NCBI RefSeq assembly: GCF_006345805.1
Contig: NC_043020.1
Span: 62,001-126,000 of the forward strand
Direction: 5' to 3'
DNA length: 64,000 bases
Source of the DNA: Octopus sinensis
Lineage: Eukaryota
Made by a program: the position numbers and the translations under genes. The notes beneath the pieces were generated by a model, which saw only the letters and a program-made list of their open reading frames with translations, made no database searches and was not told the DNA's origin. Below, piece by piece: positions 38,801-51,451 of this stretch; position 1 is the first letter of the stretch; each line of letters starts with the position of its first letter.

Positions 38801-39030
38801 GCGGCGAGCTGGCAGAAGTGTTAGCACGCCGGGTGAAATGCTTAGCGGTATTTCGTCTGCCGTTAGGTTGTGAGTTCAAATTCCACCGAGGTCGACTTTG
38901 CCTTTCATCCTTTCGGGGTCGATAAATTAAGTAGCAGTTATGCACTGGAGTCGATGTAATCGACTTAATCCGTTTGTCTGTCCTTGTTTGTCCCCTCTAT
39001 GTTTAGCCCCTTGTGGGCAATAAAGAAATA
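38801..39030 (+). mobile_element. SINE family B
   Basis: ggcggcgagctggcagaagtgttagcacgccggg head plus B core. Confidence 0.8.
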
Positions 39031-40431
39031 TATATAGAGAGAAAGAGAGAGAGAAACATTACAATTTATTGGTTTCAGATTTTGGTACGATGTCAGTAAT
39101 TTTGTGGGAGGAGGTAACTTGATTATATTGACATCTGTGCTCAACTGGCACTTATTTTTATCAACTCTGAAAGGATGAAAAGTAAAATTGACCATAGCAG
39201 AATTTGAACTCAGAATGTGAGAATGAACAAAATAGCACTAAGTATTTTTGCCCAGTGCGCTAACAGTTCTGCCAGCTCACCACCTTTCAGTGATGTGAAC
39301 CTTTACTTTTAGAATGACATTGTAGGGTAGTTGTGAGAGGCCTGATCTGGTCAGTTTGAACACAAAATATGTAGAATATTTGGGCCTGATATGACTGGTT
39401 TGAATGCCAAAGGGTTAAGACATCTAATGTCAAATAAGTCAGTGTCCATTTAGTGATGCCAAATAAGTGGCAGTAGAACAGCTGTGCTGAAATGTCTCAT
39501 ATCTGTTCATGTTTTCCCAGCATCCATTCCACCACCTCACAATTGATCAAGCAAAACATTAGCCATATGGATCTCTCCGGGCAAGTAGGATTTGTAAATG
39601 CCATGGGCACAGCATCTTCCACACCAAGCCATTAAGAAAAAAAAAAAAAGGATCACGTGAACTTATAAGTGAGCTTATAAATTGATACCTTTAAAAGGTA
39701 TCAAGTTTCAGCTAATTTCTATATCTGCTCGCATTATAAATATTCTAATTCTAAATTCATAAGTTTGTTTTTCTCTGCTGTCAGACTAGTGAGGATGCTA
39801 AAAGCTAACACAAACCAAAGTGACCACAATAACCTTGTTAACCTTGAACAGTTAAAGTTCCATTGATGGAGTGACCCTTTCACACATAAACATAACTTTA
39901 CTGTTATTTTATATTAACTGAACATTAAAAATAAAAAAGACAATAAAATGAAATCTTTCCTTTCTGCCTGTCTGCTTCATCAGAGATAAGTCTTCATTTC
40001 ATTTCTGAGCCACTGAACTGTTGCTTTCTGTCCCCCACTTTCTATCTCTCTCTCTCTCTCTCCCACTCTCTTTCTCTCTTTGTTTGTCTGTCTCTTGTAG
40101 ATGCAGGCATGGCTGTGTGGTTAAGCTTATTTTACAGTCATGTTGTTTTGGGTTCAATCTCAACTGCTGCTCTTTGACCAATACTTTCGTGTGCAGAATT
40201 TGGTAGATGAAATCATTGCAAATTCCCAGTCGCCATGATAGATGGTTAGCCACTACACACAATTTTTTTCTTTCCTTGTTTCTCTCCTTATTTTTTCTGT
40301 GTCCCTTTCTGTAGGAGAGCGTAGGTTTGAAACATAAAATACTTTTTCTATTCCTGAGCATCATACTAATACATCTGTTTGTTTTGTACACCACCTGACT
40401 TCGTCTTTTGTTGTTTTTTTTCGTAAACTCT

Positions 40432-40514
<83 letters not shown>

Positions 40515-40924
40515 TTGTGTGTATGTATGTATGTTTGTATACACACATGCACACACACACCTTCTTTTCCAACTGGGATAACTATATATCTCCCTTTCTT
40601 CAAAACACTTATTCCTGTCCCCTTGTCATACTTTAACCTCTCATCACCTGGCATAAAGTCACCTCTCTTACTACTACTACTACTACTACTACTACTCCCC
40701 ACCGCAGTTGAAGGGTTTTGTCTTGCAAGTTACTTGGTGACCTGATGCTAGTGCCTCATGAAAAGCACCCAGTGCACTCTGTAAAGCGTTTGGCATTAGG
40801 AAGTGCATCAAACCATAGAAATCATGCCAAATCAGGCATTGGAGTTTGGTGCAGTCCAATGGCTCACTAGCTCCTGTGAAACTCATGCTGGCATGAAAAC
40901 AGATGTTAAACAATAATGATGCAC

Positions 40925-40958
<34 letters not shown>

Positions 40959-41312
40959 CTTACAATTTAGTGGTTGCTGTAATTCACAATAAAAGAACAT
41001 AGCATTACAAAGAGACATTGAGAATCAAGACTCATAGCATCTAGCCATGTTGCATGAAGACAATAATATAACTGAATTCATGTGTGTTTATTAATATGAA
41101 TTAATAGAGAGACCTGACTTGTTTGTCTTGTATCCTGTAGTCTGAAAGTTGGTTAAATTGAGATCAATAGAACCAGTACAAAGGTTGATAGAAATGACTG
41201 TGTTCTTGAATGGTTCTCCAGCATGGCTGCAGTTCAATGACTGAAACCAGTGAAATATATGCACAAACATAAACATACATTACACTCACATGCATTATAT
41301 ATATATATATAT

Positions 41313-41531
41313 GTGGAGGCGCAATGGCCCAGTGGTTAGGGCAGCGGACTTGCGGTCGGAGGATCGCGGTTTCGATTCCCAGACCGGGCGTTGTGTGTGT
41401 TTATTGAGCGAAAACACCTAAAAGCTCCACGAGGCTCCGGCAGGGGATGGTGGTGATCCCTGCTGTACTCTTCCACCACTCTAAAAGGCGGTGCTCCAGC
41501 ATGGCCACAGTCAAATGACTGAAACAAGTAC

Positions 41532-41548
<17 letters not shown>
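41313..41548 (+). mobile_element. Chimeric SINE: family D 5' part joined to family A 3' tail and oligo(A)
   Basis: D head and body to about 41482, then aaaaggcggtgctccagcatggccacagtcaaatgactgaaacaagtac(a)n. Confidence 0.7.
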
Positions 41549-41624
<76 letters not shown>

Positions 41625-41635
41625 TATATATATAC

Positions 41636-41672
<37 letters not shown>

Positions 41673-42689
41673 CACACACATATATAAATACACACACACA
41701 CATATATATATACACATTTATATATACACAAACACATATATATATACACACACACGCATATATATATATATATATATACATACACACACACACATATATA
41801 CATACATACATACATATATATATACATATATATACATACATATATATATATATATATATGAGAGATAGAGAGAGATTTGTCTGTTTATCTCATTTTAGTT
41901 TTTTCTTTAATCAGAAACTGTCACAGACATTAGTCATTGAACAGAACTGTTTTTCTAAATTTTCTTTCACTTAAAATCATATTTATTTTTATTTTCATGT
42001 TCCTTAAATTGCTTTTTCTTTTTTCTACCTTGAGCCATAGAAATTACCTTCATCTAAATCTAGAAATATCATGGAAAAATTCAACAAAGCTGTCGTGGTA
42101 GGGTGAGAACCAAAGCATACAAAACATGTTTCTGGTGAATTATTTAGTTTTTTTATCTCCATAACCTACCTACCTTATCTTGTCAAACAAATTTTTACGT
42201 TTTTTGTTTTACTTTTCTAATTTTTTTTTTCAAACGTATTTTTACAATATGTCTCTAATTTTTCAGTAAAATGTGAATTTGGTTTGTTTTTTTTTTCTTC
42301 CTGCCCTGTTCATTCTCAATATGCTATAAGACATATTGTATTGATTATTAGTTCTAGATGTTCGCTTACTGATTATTGTTACTACATCATATCTCTTCAT
42401 ATTGTGGTTCAATAATCTGCTATAGAATTGAACTTGGTTAATTTTCACGCTGGTTATTGTTTGCTTTGGGTTTCATTTCATGAAATATAATAGTACAGCT
42501 GCATGTGTTTTGGGGGTTGATACTGTAGTAGTTTGGGGTTAATTTTTAATAGAATGTAAAAGAATTATAACATCATACTGTGGTATGACAATTACACCTT
42601 TTACTTGTTTCAGTCATTGGACTGCAGCCATGTATATATGTATGTATATATATGTATACATATATGTATGTATATATGTATGTATATAA

Positions 42690-42895
42690 AATGTGACTTC
42701 GTGTGTACCGTTGACGATTTTTTTCCCTCTGTCTTCCTTTCTCTGAATGTTTCCTTCTCCTATGTTTCCAATGAAGAGCTCTGCTCGAAACGTTAAACCC
42801 TCCTTCTTTCCTGAGCGTCCAATAATACTATATTTGTTCCACGTCCTCGCGTTGTTGTGTTTTTTGTGCTTTCTTGTTTGGATTAACTTTATATA
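42690..42895 (+). mobile_element. Family E Penelope-LTR-like repeat
   Basis: Homologous to 7484-7690; motif gttt-CCAATGA-a-gagc-tct-gctc-GAAAC-GTT-aaac at 42764-42798. Confidence 0.6.
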
Positions 42896-43189
42896 TATAT
42901 AAGACAATAAGAAAATGGAGGAGATCAGTAGGTGGTTCATTGCAATGCAATAAAAAACACTTGTGTATTAATAATTGGGTATTCTACCAGTAGTATATTG
43001 GATAGATATTATCCCTTAGTTGGTTGGATTCACAACCTCTAACTTTCTTGGATATATATATATGTGTTTGTATCTATATATATATATATCTATATAAAAT
43101 ATTATTAGAGACAAAACCACTATTTTGCAAAACAAACAAGGAAAGACTTAATCAATACATAAAATTTTAATAAATAGTCAAAAAAACCG

Positions 43190-43232
43190 CCACTACAATC
43201 GTTTCTTGTCTTGATCGACAATCTTCAGGTGG
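43190..43232 (-). ncRNA. Mirror copy of the canonical hammerhead motif
   Basis: Reverse complement of 43411-43453 in the left arm. Confidence 0.75.
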
Positions 43233-43312
43233 ACTTCCAATAATTCAGTGTCAAATTATGAAGTTTTAATAGAATGTATGTGTTTGTATGTGTATATATA
43301 TATATATATATA

Positions 43313-43345
<33 letters not shown>

Positions 43346-43410
43346 ATCACTTTTAAGTTTATCCCAACAGATATTATGACTTCATAATTTGACACTGAAT
43401 TATTGGAAGT

Positions 43411-43453
43411 CCACCTGAAGATTGTCGATCAAGACAAGAAACGATTGTAGTGG
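43411..43453 (+). ncRNA. Canonical minimal type I hammerhead ribozyme motif
   Basis: ccac-CTGAAGA-ttgtc-gatcaa-gacaa-GAAAC-gatt-GTA-gtgg; predicted cleavage after A43449. Confidence 0.75.
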
Positions 43454-43668
43454 CGGTTTTTTTGACTATTTATTAAAATTTTATGTATTGATTAAGTCTT
43501 TCCTTGTTTGTTTTGCAAAATAGTGGTTTTGTCTCTAATAATATTTTATAATATTTTACTATAAAATCGATTTAATCCTAAATCTGATTTTTTTCCCTGT
43601 AAATTTGGATTTATTCCCTAATATTTATTATATCTCTATATTATATGTAGATACATGTATGTGTTTGT

Positions 43669-43744
<76 letters not shown>

Positions 43745-43965
43745 CACTTTTAAGTTTATCCAACAGATATTCTATAGAATTCAAAACCAGCACTCAAGTT
43801 AGAACAATTTGTATATGAATACTTCTATCTGAACAGTGCATTCGCAGATGGAAAAAGAACAGGTAATGGGTGTATATGCATATTTCAAGAGTCATTCCTC
43901 TTTCATCAGCACTACATCCAGCCCATCAGCCATCCGTCATGTGTGTACACACACTCACACACACA

Positions 43966-44003
<38 letters not shown>

Positions 44004-44893
44004 TTATATATAAATTAGAAAAAAAATACCTTTTATCAATTCAAAATGAAAAATTGAATTACACCATCATTTTGAATTGATAAAAGGTGGTTTCTTTCTA
44101 ATTTATATATATATTATATTTTGTGAAATTTGATTTAGTATTTCTAAATTGAATTTTTCCCTGTAAGTTTGGAATAATATTCTCTCAAATTATTATTATA
44201 TATATTTATGTATATACACGTTGCAGACTTCTTTCAAGTTTTATCTTTGAAATCCACTATAAGGACTTTGACAACCCTAAGTTATAGTACAAGAAGCTTA
44301 TCCAAGTTACTGTACAGTGGGATTGAACCCAATACTACATGATTGGGAAGCAAGATTATTAATCGCACAGCCACGTTTGCACCAAGAATCAATCTATCTA
44401 TCTATCTATGTATATATATATATTCTTCAGTACATTATAGCTTTGAAATAAAAGTTTTGATGCACCAGTAATTTAGTAATAAAAGCGTAGCCTTTATAAC
44501 ACCTTTACTGATAAGTCAACTTGTGTTACTATATAGTGAAGTTCAGGTCCTTAATCAAAGATAAAATACAATATGTGTGTGATATATATATATATGACAA
44601 AGATATTACAGTAATGAAAGGACATGAATACAATAAAAGATAGTTTGTGAAATTTTTTTTTTTTTAGAGGGCACCCCTTTTATTTTTATTTTATCTAGGT
44701 TATTATAAAGTCTCATTGCCATTCAGGAAGAAAAAAATAATTAGTAAAAACTAATTATAATTTCGTTAGGACCAGAAAATGCTAACAACAGCTGGATTGT
44801 TTAATGAAGTGTGTTATTGTTTGTCGAATTGGAAACAGATTATTTTCAAAGCTTGTATCAATTACACAAATGTTTTATTTATATCCAAACACA

Positions 44894-44934
<41 letters not shown>

Positions 44935-44995
44935 ATATCTAGGGAGATTTTACGAAAAAAACAAAAGACGAAGACAGATGGTGTACAAAACAAAC

Positions 44996-45036
<41 letters not shown>

Positions 45037-45189
45037 CATAGACATACAGACACACGTGCGCATGTGTGTGTGTATGTATATATATGTGTGTGTATATATA
45101 TATGTATGTGTATATATATGTATGTGTATATATGAATGTGTATACGTTATATACATGAATATGTATGCATATATATGAATGTGTATGTT

Positions 45190-45405
45190 GTGAACCGTTA
45201 GCACGCTGGGCGAAATGCGTAGCTGTATTTTGTCTGCTGTTACACTCTGAGTTCAAATTCCACCAAGGTCGACTTTGCCTTTCATCCTCTTGGGGTCGAT
45301 AAATTAAGTACCAGTTATGCACTGGAGTCAACATAATCAACTTAATTCGTTTGTCTGTCGTTGTTTGTCCCCTCTATGTTTAACGCCTTGTGGGTAATTT
45401 AGAAA
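45190..45405 (+). mobile_element. SINE family B, 5'-truncated
   Basis: B core and tail; flanked by a ~40-bp imperfect direct repeat. Confidence 0.75.
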
Positions 45406-45667
45406 CATATATGTTACATACATGAATATATATGTATGCGTATATATGAATGTGTATGTATGTATATATGTGTGTGTGTGTGTTTGTGTGTAATGTGTAT
45501 AAGTATGTATATTCACACATATAGCCTAACCCATGTCAGCATGGAAGATGGACATTAAAAGATAATTATTATATACGTATACACAATACACACTTGGGTT
45601 AATATTTTGTGTGTGTGTATATATGTATATGCATGTGTTTGTGTATATTTATTTTTATTTTTTTATT

Positions 45668-46045
45668 TTTATTTTACTTGTTTCAGTCATTTGACTGCGG
45701 CCATGCTGGAGCACCGCCTTTAATCGAGCAACTCGACCCCGGGACCTATTCTTTTGTAAGCCCAGTACTTATTCTATCGGTCTGTTTTGCCGAACCGCTA
45801 AGTGACGGGGACGTAAACACACCAGCATCGGTTGTCAAGCAATGCTAGGGGGACAAGCGCAGACACACATATACATATATACGACAGGCTTCTTTCAGTT
45901 TCCGTCTACCAAATCCACTCACAAGGCATTGGTCGGCCCGGGGCTATAGCAGAAGACACTTGCCCAAGATGCCACGCAGTGGGACTGAACCCGGAACCAT
46001 GTGGTTGGTTAGCAAGCTACTTACCACACAGCCACTCCTGCGCCT
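45668..46045 (-). mobile_element. Young family A SINE
   Basis: Near-identical to 8182-8577. Confidence 0.85.
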
Positions 46046-46576
46046 ATGTATATATATGTATATATATGTATATAATAGTTGGGTAGTGATCATATTGTCA
46101 TATCAAGGTCAGTTACCTTTCCCATAGCCTCAGATTAACCCAAGCCCCGAGTGAATTTAAGTAGATGGGAGCTCTACAAGCTCCACCAGATGGACTGAAC
46201 CTTAATTTAAAGACCTAACCATGTCACACTCTCTCACTATGATTCTACTTGAAAATTACATTAAGTGGTTCATTCATCTGAGGAATATACAGCCATTTTA
46301 TATGCTTTTTCAGTAAATAGGTTGTTTAGTTTGTACAATGGGATGCTCATACATCAAAATCGATATAGATTCAATCATGTACGTGTGTGTATGTATGTAT
46401 GTATGTATATATATACATACACACATATATATATACAAACACATATATATATATACATATATATACACATATATATGTATATATATACATACATACATAT
46501 ATATATATATATACACATATATATGTATATATATATATATATATACACATATATATATATATATGTATATATATAT

Positions 46577-47555
46577 ACCGAACGTGGCCGTAGCCAGTTC
46601 CGCATTGACCGGCCTCCGTGCTGTGGGCACGTAACAAACACCATCCGATCATGGCCGTTCGCCAGCCTCATCTGGCACCTGTGTCGGTGGCACATAAAAA
46701 CACCTTCCGAAGACCCGGCAAGACTAGTCAGTCCACCTGTGCATACCTTCCTTCTTGTGACACTTGTGAAGACCGGTTGAGGCAAGTGAACATCAAATCA
46801 AATCAAATCAAAATAGACAAAATAGATGAACATCAATGGAATTTGTATCTTGTGGTACCAGTGCCTGTGGCACACAAGAAATCCATCAGTGCTGTAGTCA
46901 GTGCGGTGGGCACATGACAAACACCATCCGATCGTGGCTGTTCGCCAGCCTCATCTAGCACCTGTGTCGGTGGCACATAAAAACACCATCCGAAGACCCG
47001 GCAAGACTAGTCAGGCCATAACCCATGGCCCCTACCTGGGACGTAGTCAGTCCACCTGTGCATACCTTCCTTCTTGTGACACTTGTGAAGACCTGTTGAG
47101 GCAAGTGAAAATCAAAACAAATCAAAATAGATGAACATCAATGGAATTTGTATCTTTGTGGTACCAGTGCCGGTGGCACGTGGCACACAAGAAAACCATC
47201 CGAACGTGGCCGTAGCCAGTACCGCATCGACTGGCCTCCGTGCTGTGGGCACGTAACAAGCACCATCCGATCGTGGCCGTTTGCCAGCCTCATCTGGCAC
47301 CTGTGTCGGTGGCACATAAAAACACCATCCGAGCGTGGCCGTCTGCCAGCCTCGTCTGGCACCTGTGTCAGTGGCACATAAAATCACCCACTACACTCTC
47401 GGAGTGGTTGGCGTTAGGAAGGGCATCCAGCTGTAGAAACACTGCCAGATCTGACTGGACTGGTGCAGCTTTCGGGCTCCCCAGACCCCAGTTGAACCGT
47501 CCAACCCATGCTAGCATGGAAAGCGGACGTTAAATGATGATGATGATGATGATGA
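46577..47555 (+). mobile_element. Long RTE-type 3' region with internal duplications and (GAT)n tail
   Basis: Repeated gcctcatctggcacctgtgtcggtggcacataaaaacacc units, gaagacccggcaag, terminal ggacgttaaa(tga)n. Confidence 0.75.
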
Positions 47556-47638
47556 TATATATATACACATATATATTATATACACATATATATGTATATA
47601 TATATATAATATATATATACACATATATATATATACAC

Positions 47639-47672
<34 letters not shown>

Positions 47673-47732
47673 ATATCTGTATATATATTATATATATATA
47701 TAATATATATATACACATATATATATATACAC

Positions 47733-47766
<34 letters not shown>

Positions 47767-47769
47767 ATA

Positions 47770-47800
<31 letters not shown>

Positions 47801-48522
47801 GTAATATATATATATATACACGCACACACATACACACAGGTATGTGTGTGTTTATAGATATATGTTCATAGATGTAAACATGCACAAGTTTATATCTATG
47901 TGCATGTGTGTGTGTGTATATATATATATATGCATGTTTGTGTAGAAACATATTCTTGCAAAGGCATCACTTCATGTTTTAACGAAAGCGGCATTCATTG
48001 GATGGCATAACAATGAAGTTTTGGGGGAAATGCTAACATAATTATTATTGATGTTCACCGTTGCGTGAGGGCACGTGTTGTATGCTTGTGATTGGTTTAC
48101 CTGATGGATCCTCATTTCATTACATCCGGTAGATAGCTGCTGTAGTTTGCATGGGTATGTACTGGTTGACTCTTGTCGTTTGATATCTCACTCATATATC
48201 TTGTATATGATCCAGCTCTGATGTAAGAAAAAGAAAAAAACAAAAAATGCAAGAAAAACAAAGTCCCGTGTTCCCTGTACATGCCTCTATATCTCAGCAG
48301 GAACGTATCATAGGCATTGGCGAATTTGAAGACCTAGCCTCTACGGATGCAACAGTGATAATTTTTGGATAAAAATAGTGATATATCTTCTGGTAAAATA
48401 TTGATTTCATACATATACATACACACAGACACACACATACATATGTATATACATGCATATATATATATACATATACATACATATACATACACACACATAT
48501 ATACATATATATATATATATAT

Positions 48523-48782
48523 ATACTAAGCAATAAGGGTTTAGCAACGAGTTGCCTTACCACATACCGAATTTAGAAATAGCAGTCAAAGGGTTATAGC
48601 TATTTCTTCTACTAAAAAGGGAGATCTCAGTAAAAACAGCATTTGGAAGCTGCACCAGTCCAGTCAGCATTTTTACTGAGATCTCCTTTTTAGTAGAAGA
48701 AATAGCTATAACCCTTTGACTGCTATTTCTAAATTCGGTATGTGGTAAGGCAACTCGTTGCTAAACCCTTATTGCTTAGTAT
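48523..48782. repeat. Near-perfect inverted repeat, 114/113-bp arms, 33-bp spacer
   Basis: 48523-48636 vs 48670-48782; one G indel seen. Confidence 0.9.
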
Positions 48783-49059
48783 TACTTAAATTTTCCTCGA
48801 ATGAGGCTTTTACATGCCGAAGACTACTTGGTGTAATTGATAATTTTTCCAAATTAATTAATTTCACCCTTCATTATTACGGATATATATATATATATAT
48901 ATACACACACATATACACACATATATACGCATACATATACACATATACATACATACATATATATAAATATATATATTGATAGATAGATAGTATAAATAAG
49001 ATATAAATATATGCATATATACATACATATATGTACATACCTACATATATATGTATATA

Positions 49060-49735
49060 TACATGCATTTATGGGTACAGGACATAAAAAAAGTGTTGAA
49101 CACAATGAGAAATGTAACCATAAAAACAAAAACATAGAAACGAACTATTTTTTCGAACAACGAAAAAAACAGAGAAACGAGACACACTACATAAAGAATA
49201 TTCCCCTTCTTCAGTTGTCCCTGTTTTATCTACTCCCCGTTTCGAAAGCAAGGACAATACGCGATTTCGTTGAAACAGTCCTTCCTGCAAAGCAAATTAA
49301 ATAAAATATGGGATTTTTTGCGGAGGGTGAAGTGGTAACAAGAACAGGACAGTGAGAACAAAACAGTAAAAACAAACGGTGAGGGCTCTTAAGCCGAGAC
49401 GATAGAAAAATCATTATGAACGGTAGGAAGACGAGCTTATGAGAGGACACAGTATAAGTACATGTCGTCTTTAGGAAGGTAATGAGCAGAAATATAGATT
49501 CTCTTTTGTTACGTGTCAGCGACGAGAGAGTCAATTAGGAGGAGTGAGAGATAGGCAACAGTGAAGAGGAAAGGAGAAGAATAGGGAAGGATGGGAGAGA
49601 AAACCAGAAAGGATGAAAAACAAGAGAGGGAGAGAGATAGGCAGAGAAGAGATAGAAGAGTGCGCATCGTAATTATTAAGATAAAACTTACTTGGAAGTG
49701 GATGCGTGACGTTCTATCATATAATTATATAAATA
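49060..49735 (-). mobile_element. Putative Penelope-like 3' UTR/LTR fragment flanked by ~58-bp direct repeats
   Basis: Pyrimidine-rich minus strand, HHR-like fold, flanking repeats 49001-49058 and 49738-49795. Confidence 0.4.
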
Positions 49736-50359
49736 ATATATAAATATATGCATATATACATACATATATGTACATACCTGTATATATATGTATATTACAT
49801 AGGAAGGGCATCCAGCTGTAGAAACTCTGCCAGATCAGATTGGAGCCTTGTACAACCATTCCCCAGTCAAACCGTCCAACCCATGCCAGCATGGAAAGCG
49901 GACATTAAATGATAATGGGGATGATGATGTAGTACATACACATATCTATGTATATAACCATACACACACACACACACACACACATATATATGAACAGAGT
50001 GGCTGTGTGGTAAGAATCTTGTTTCCCAACCACATGGTTCCATATTCAGTCCCACTGTATTGGGCACTTTGGGCAAGTGTCTTCTACTATAGGCCCGAGC
50101 CAACCAAAGCCTTGACTGGATTTGGTTGATGGATACTTAAAAAGAAGCCTGTCGGATATGTGTGTGTGTGTGTTTATGTCCTCGAAACTTAGTGGTTCGG
50201 CACAATAGACCAATAGAATAAGTACTCAGCTTACAAAGAATAAGTCCTGGGGTTCATTTGTTTGACAGGCGGTGCTCCAGCATGGCCACAGTCAAATGAC
50301 TGAAACAAGTAAAAGAATAAAAGAATATATATATACATACAACACACACACATACACAT

Positions 50360-50400
<41 letters not shown>

Positions 50401-50829
50401 TTAATATGCATACACACACACATATATATATACACAAACACACACACACACATATATAGTTTATAGGTTAGAGACAGGTGTTCTCTTCATAGAATACACT
50501 TCAAAGTGCTCAAGAGATTTGACCTTGAGCAGGTAGAAGAGTACATGTAATGACAAGCAAATTAGGCAAATTGATTAACACAGAATACTAGATACATCTC
50601 ATAAAAAAAAAAAGTTTTACAGTTGAGCTGTTGACAGGAAGTTTTACACTTCAAATGTAAAACTCTCTTCTGAAGTTGGCGGCAGTGTCATCTGATAATG
50701 GAGCCAATTAACTATCATTATTCCGCATCACCAAGCCCCAGAAACAGCTGTTGGACTCATAAAGCTCAACCTATTCAACTCCTGATATCATTTATATTCT
50801 GTGGAATCAGAATATTTTATATCCATGCA

Positions 50830-51395
50830 CATGGGGCAAGTGAAATCGAAATCGAAATTCAACCAATCCTATGACTGGCACCCGACAGTTGTCAGGACCG
50901 CTGGACTGACTCCTGTGCAGGTGGCAAGTAAAGAAACACCGTTTCGACCCTGTGCTTGAGGAGACCCATTGAGTCAAGTACACCAACATCAAAAATCAAT
51001 GGAAACTGCAGTTGTGATCCCTGTGCCGGTGGCACGTAAAAGCCACCATCCAAACGTGGCTGATGCCAGTGCTGCCTAGACTGGCTTCCGTGCCGGCGGC
51101 ATGTAAAAAGCACCATCCGAACGTGGCCGATGCCAGCGCCACCATGACTGGCTTCTGTGCCGGTGGCACGTAAAAAGCACCAATCTGATTGTGGCTGTTG
51201 CCAGCCTCGTCTGGCACGTGAAAGGCACCCACTACACTCACGGAGTGGTTGGCATTAGGAAGGGCATCCAGCTGTAAAAAACACTGCCAAATTAGACTGG
51301 AGCTTGGTGCAGCTTTCTGGCTTCCCAGATCCCCGGTCGAACCGTCCAACCCAAGCTAGCATGGAGAACGGGTGTTAAACAATGATGATGATGAT
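50830..51395 (+). mobile_element. RTE-type 3' end (family C)
   Basis: Same repeats and (gat)n tail as other family C copies. Confidence 0.7.
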
Positions 51396-51451
51396 GTACA
51401 TATCCTAGTTTTGGTATCATAGCTATTAATGAACTTCACCCTTATGGTCCT

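Larger units (their letters stand above)
43093..43550. repeat. Apparently perfect inverted repeat, 172-bp arms (43093-43264, 43379-43550), 114-bp spacer
   Basis: Arms read as exact reverse complements by eye. Confidence 0.9.

Noticed and set aside
41313-41390. Possible tRNA gene
   Set aside because: A and B boxes are present but there is no convincing cloverleaf, and it continues into a multi-copy SINE body
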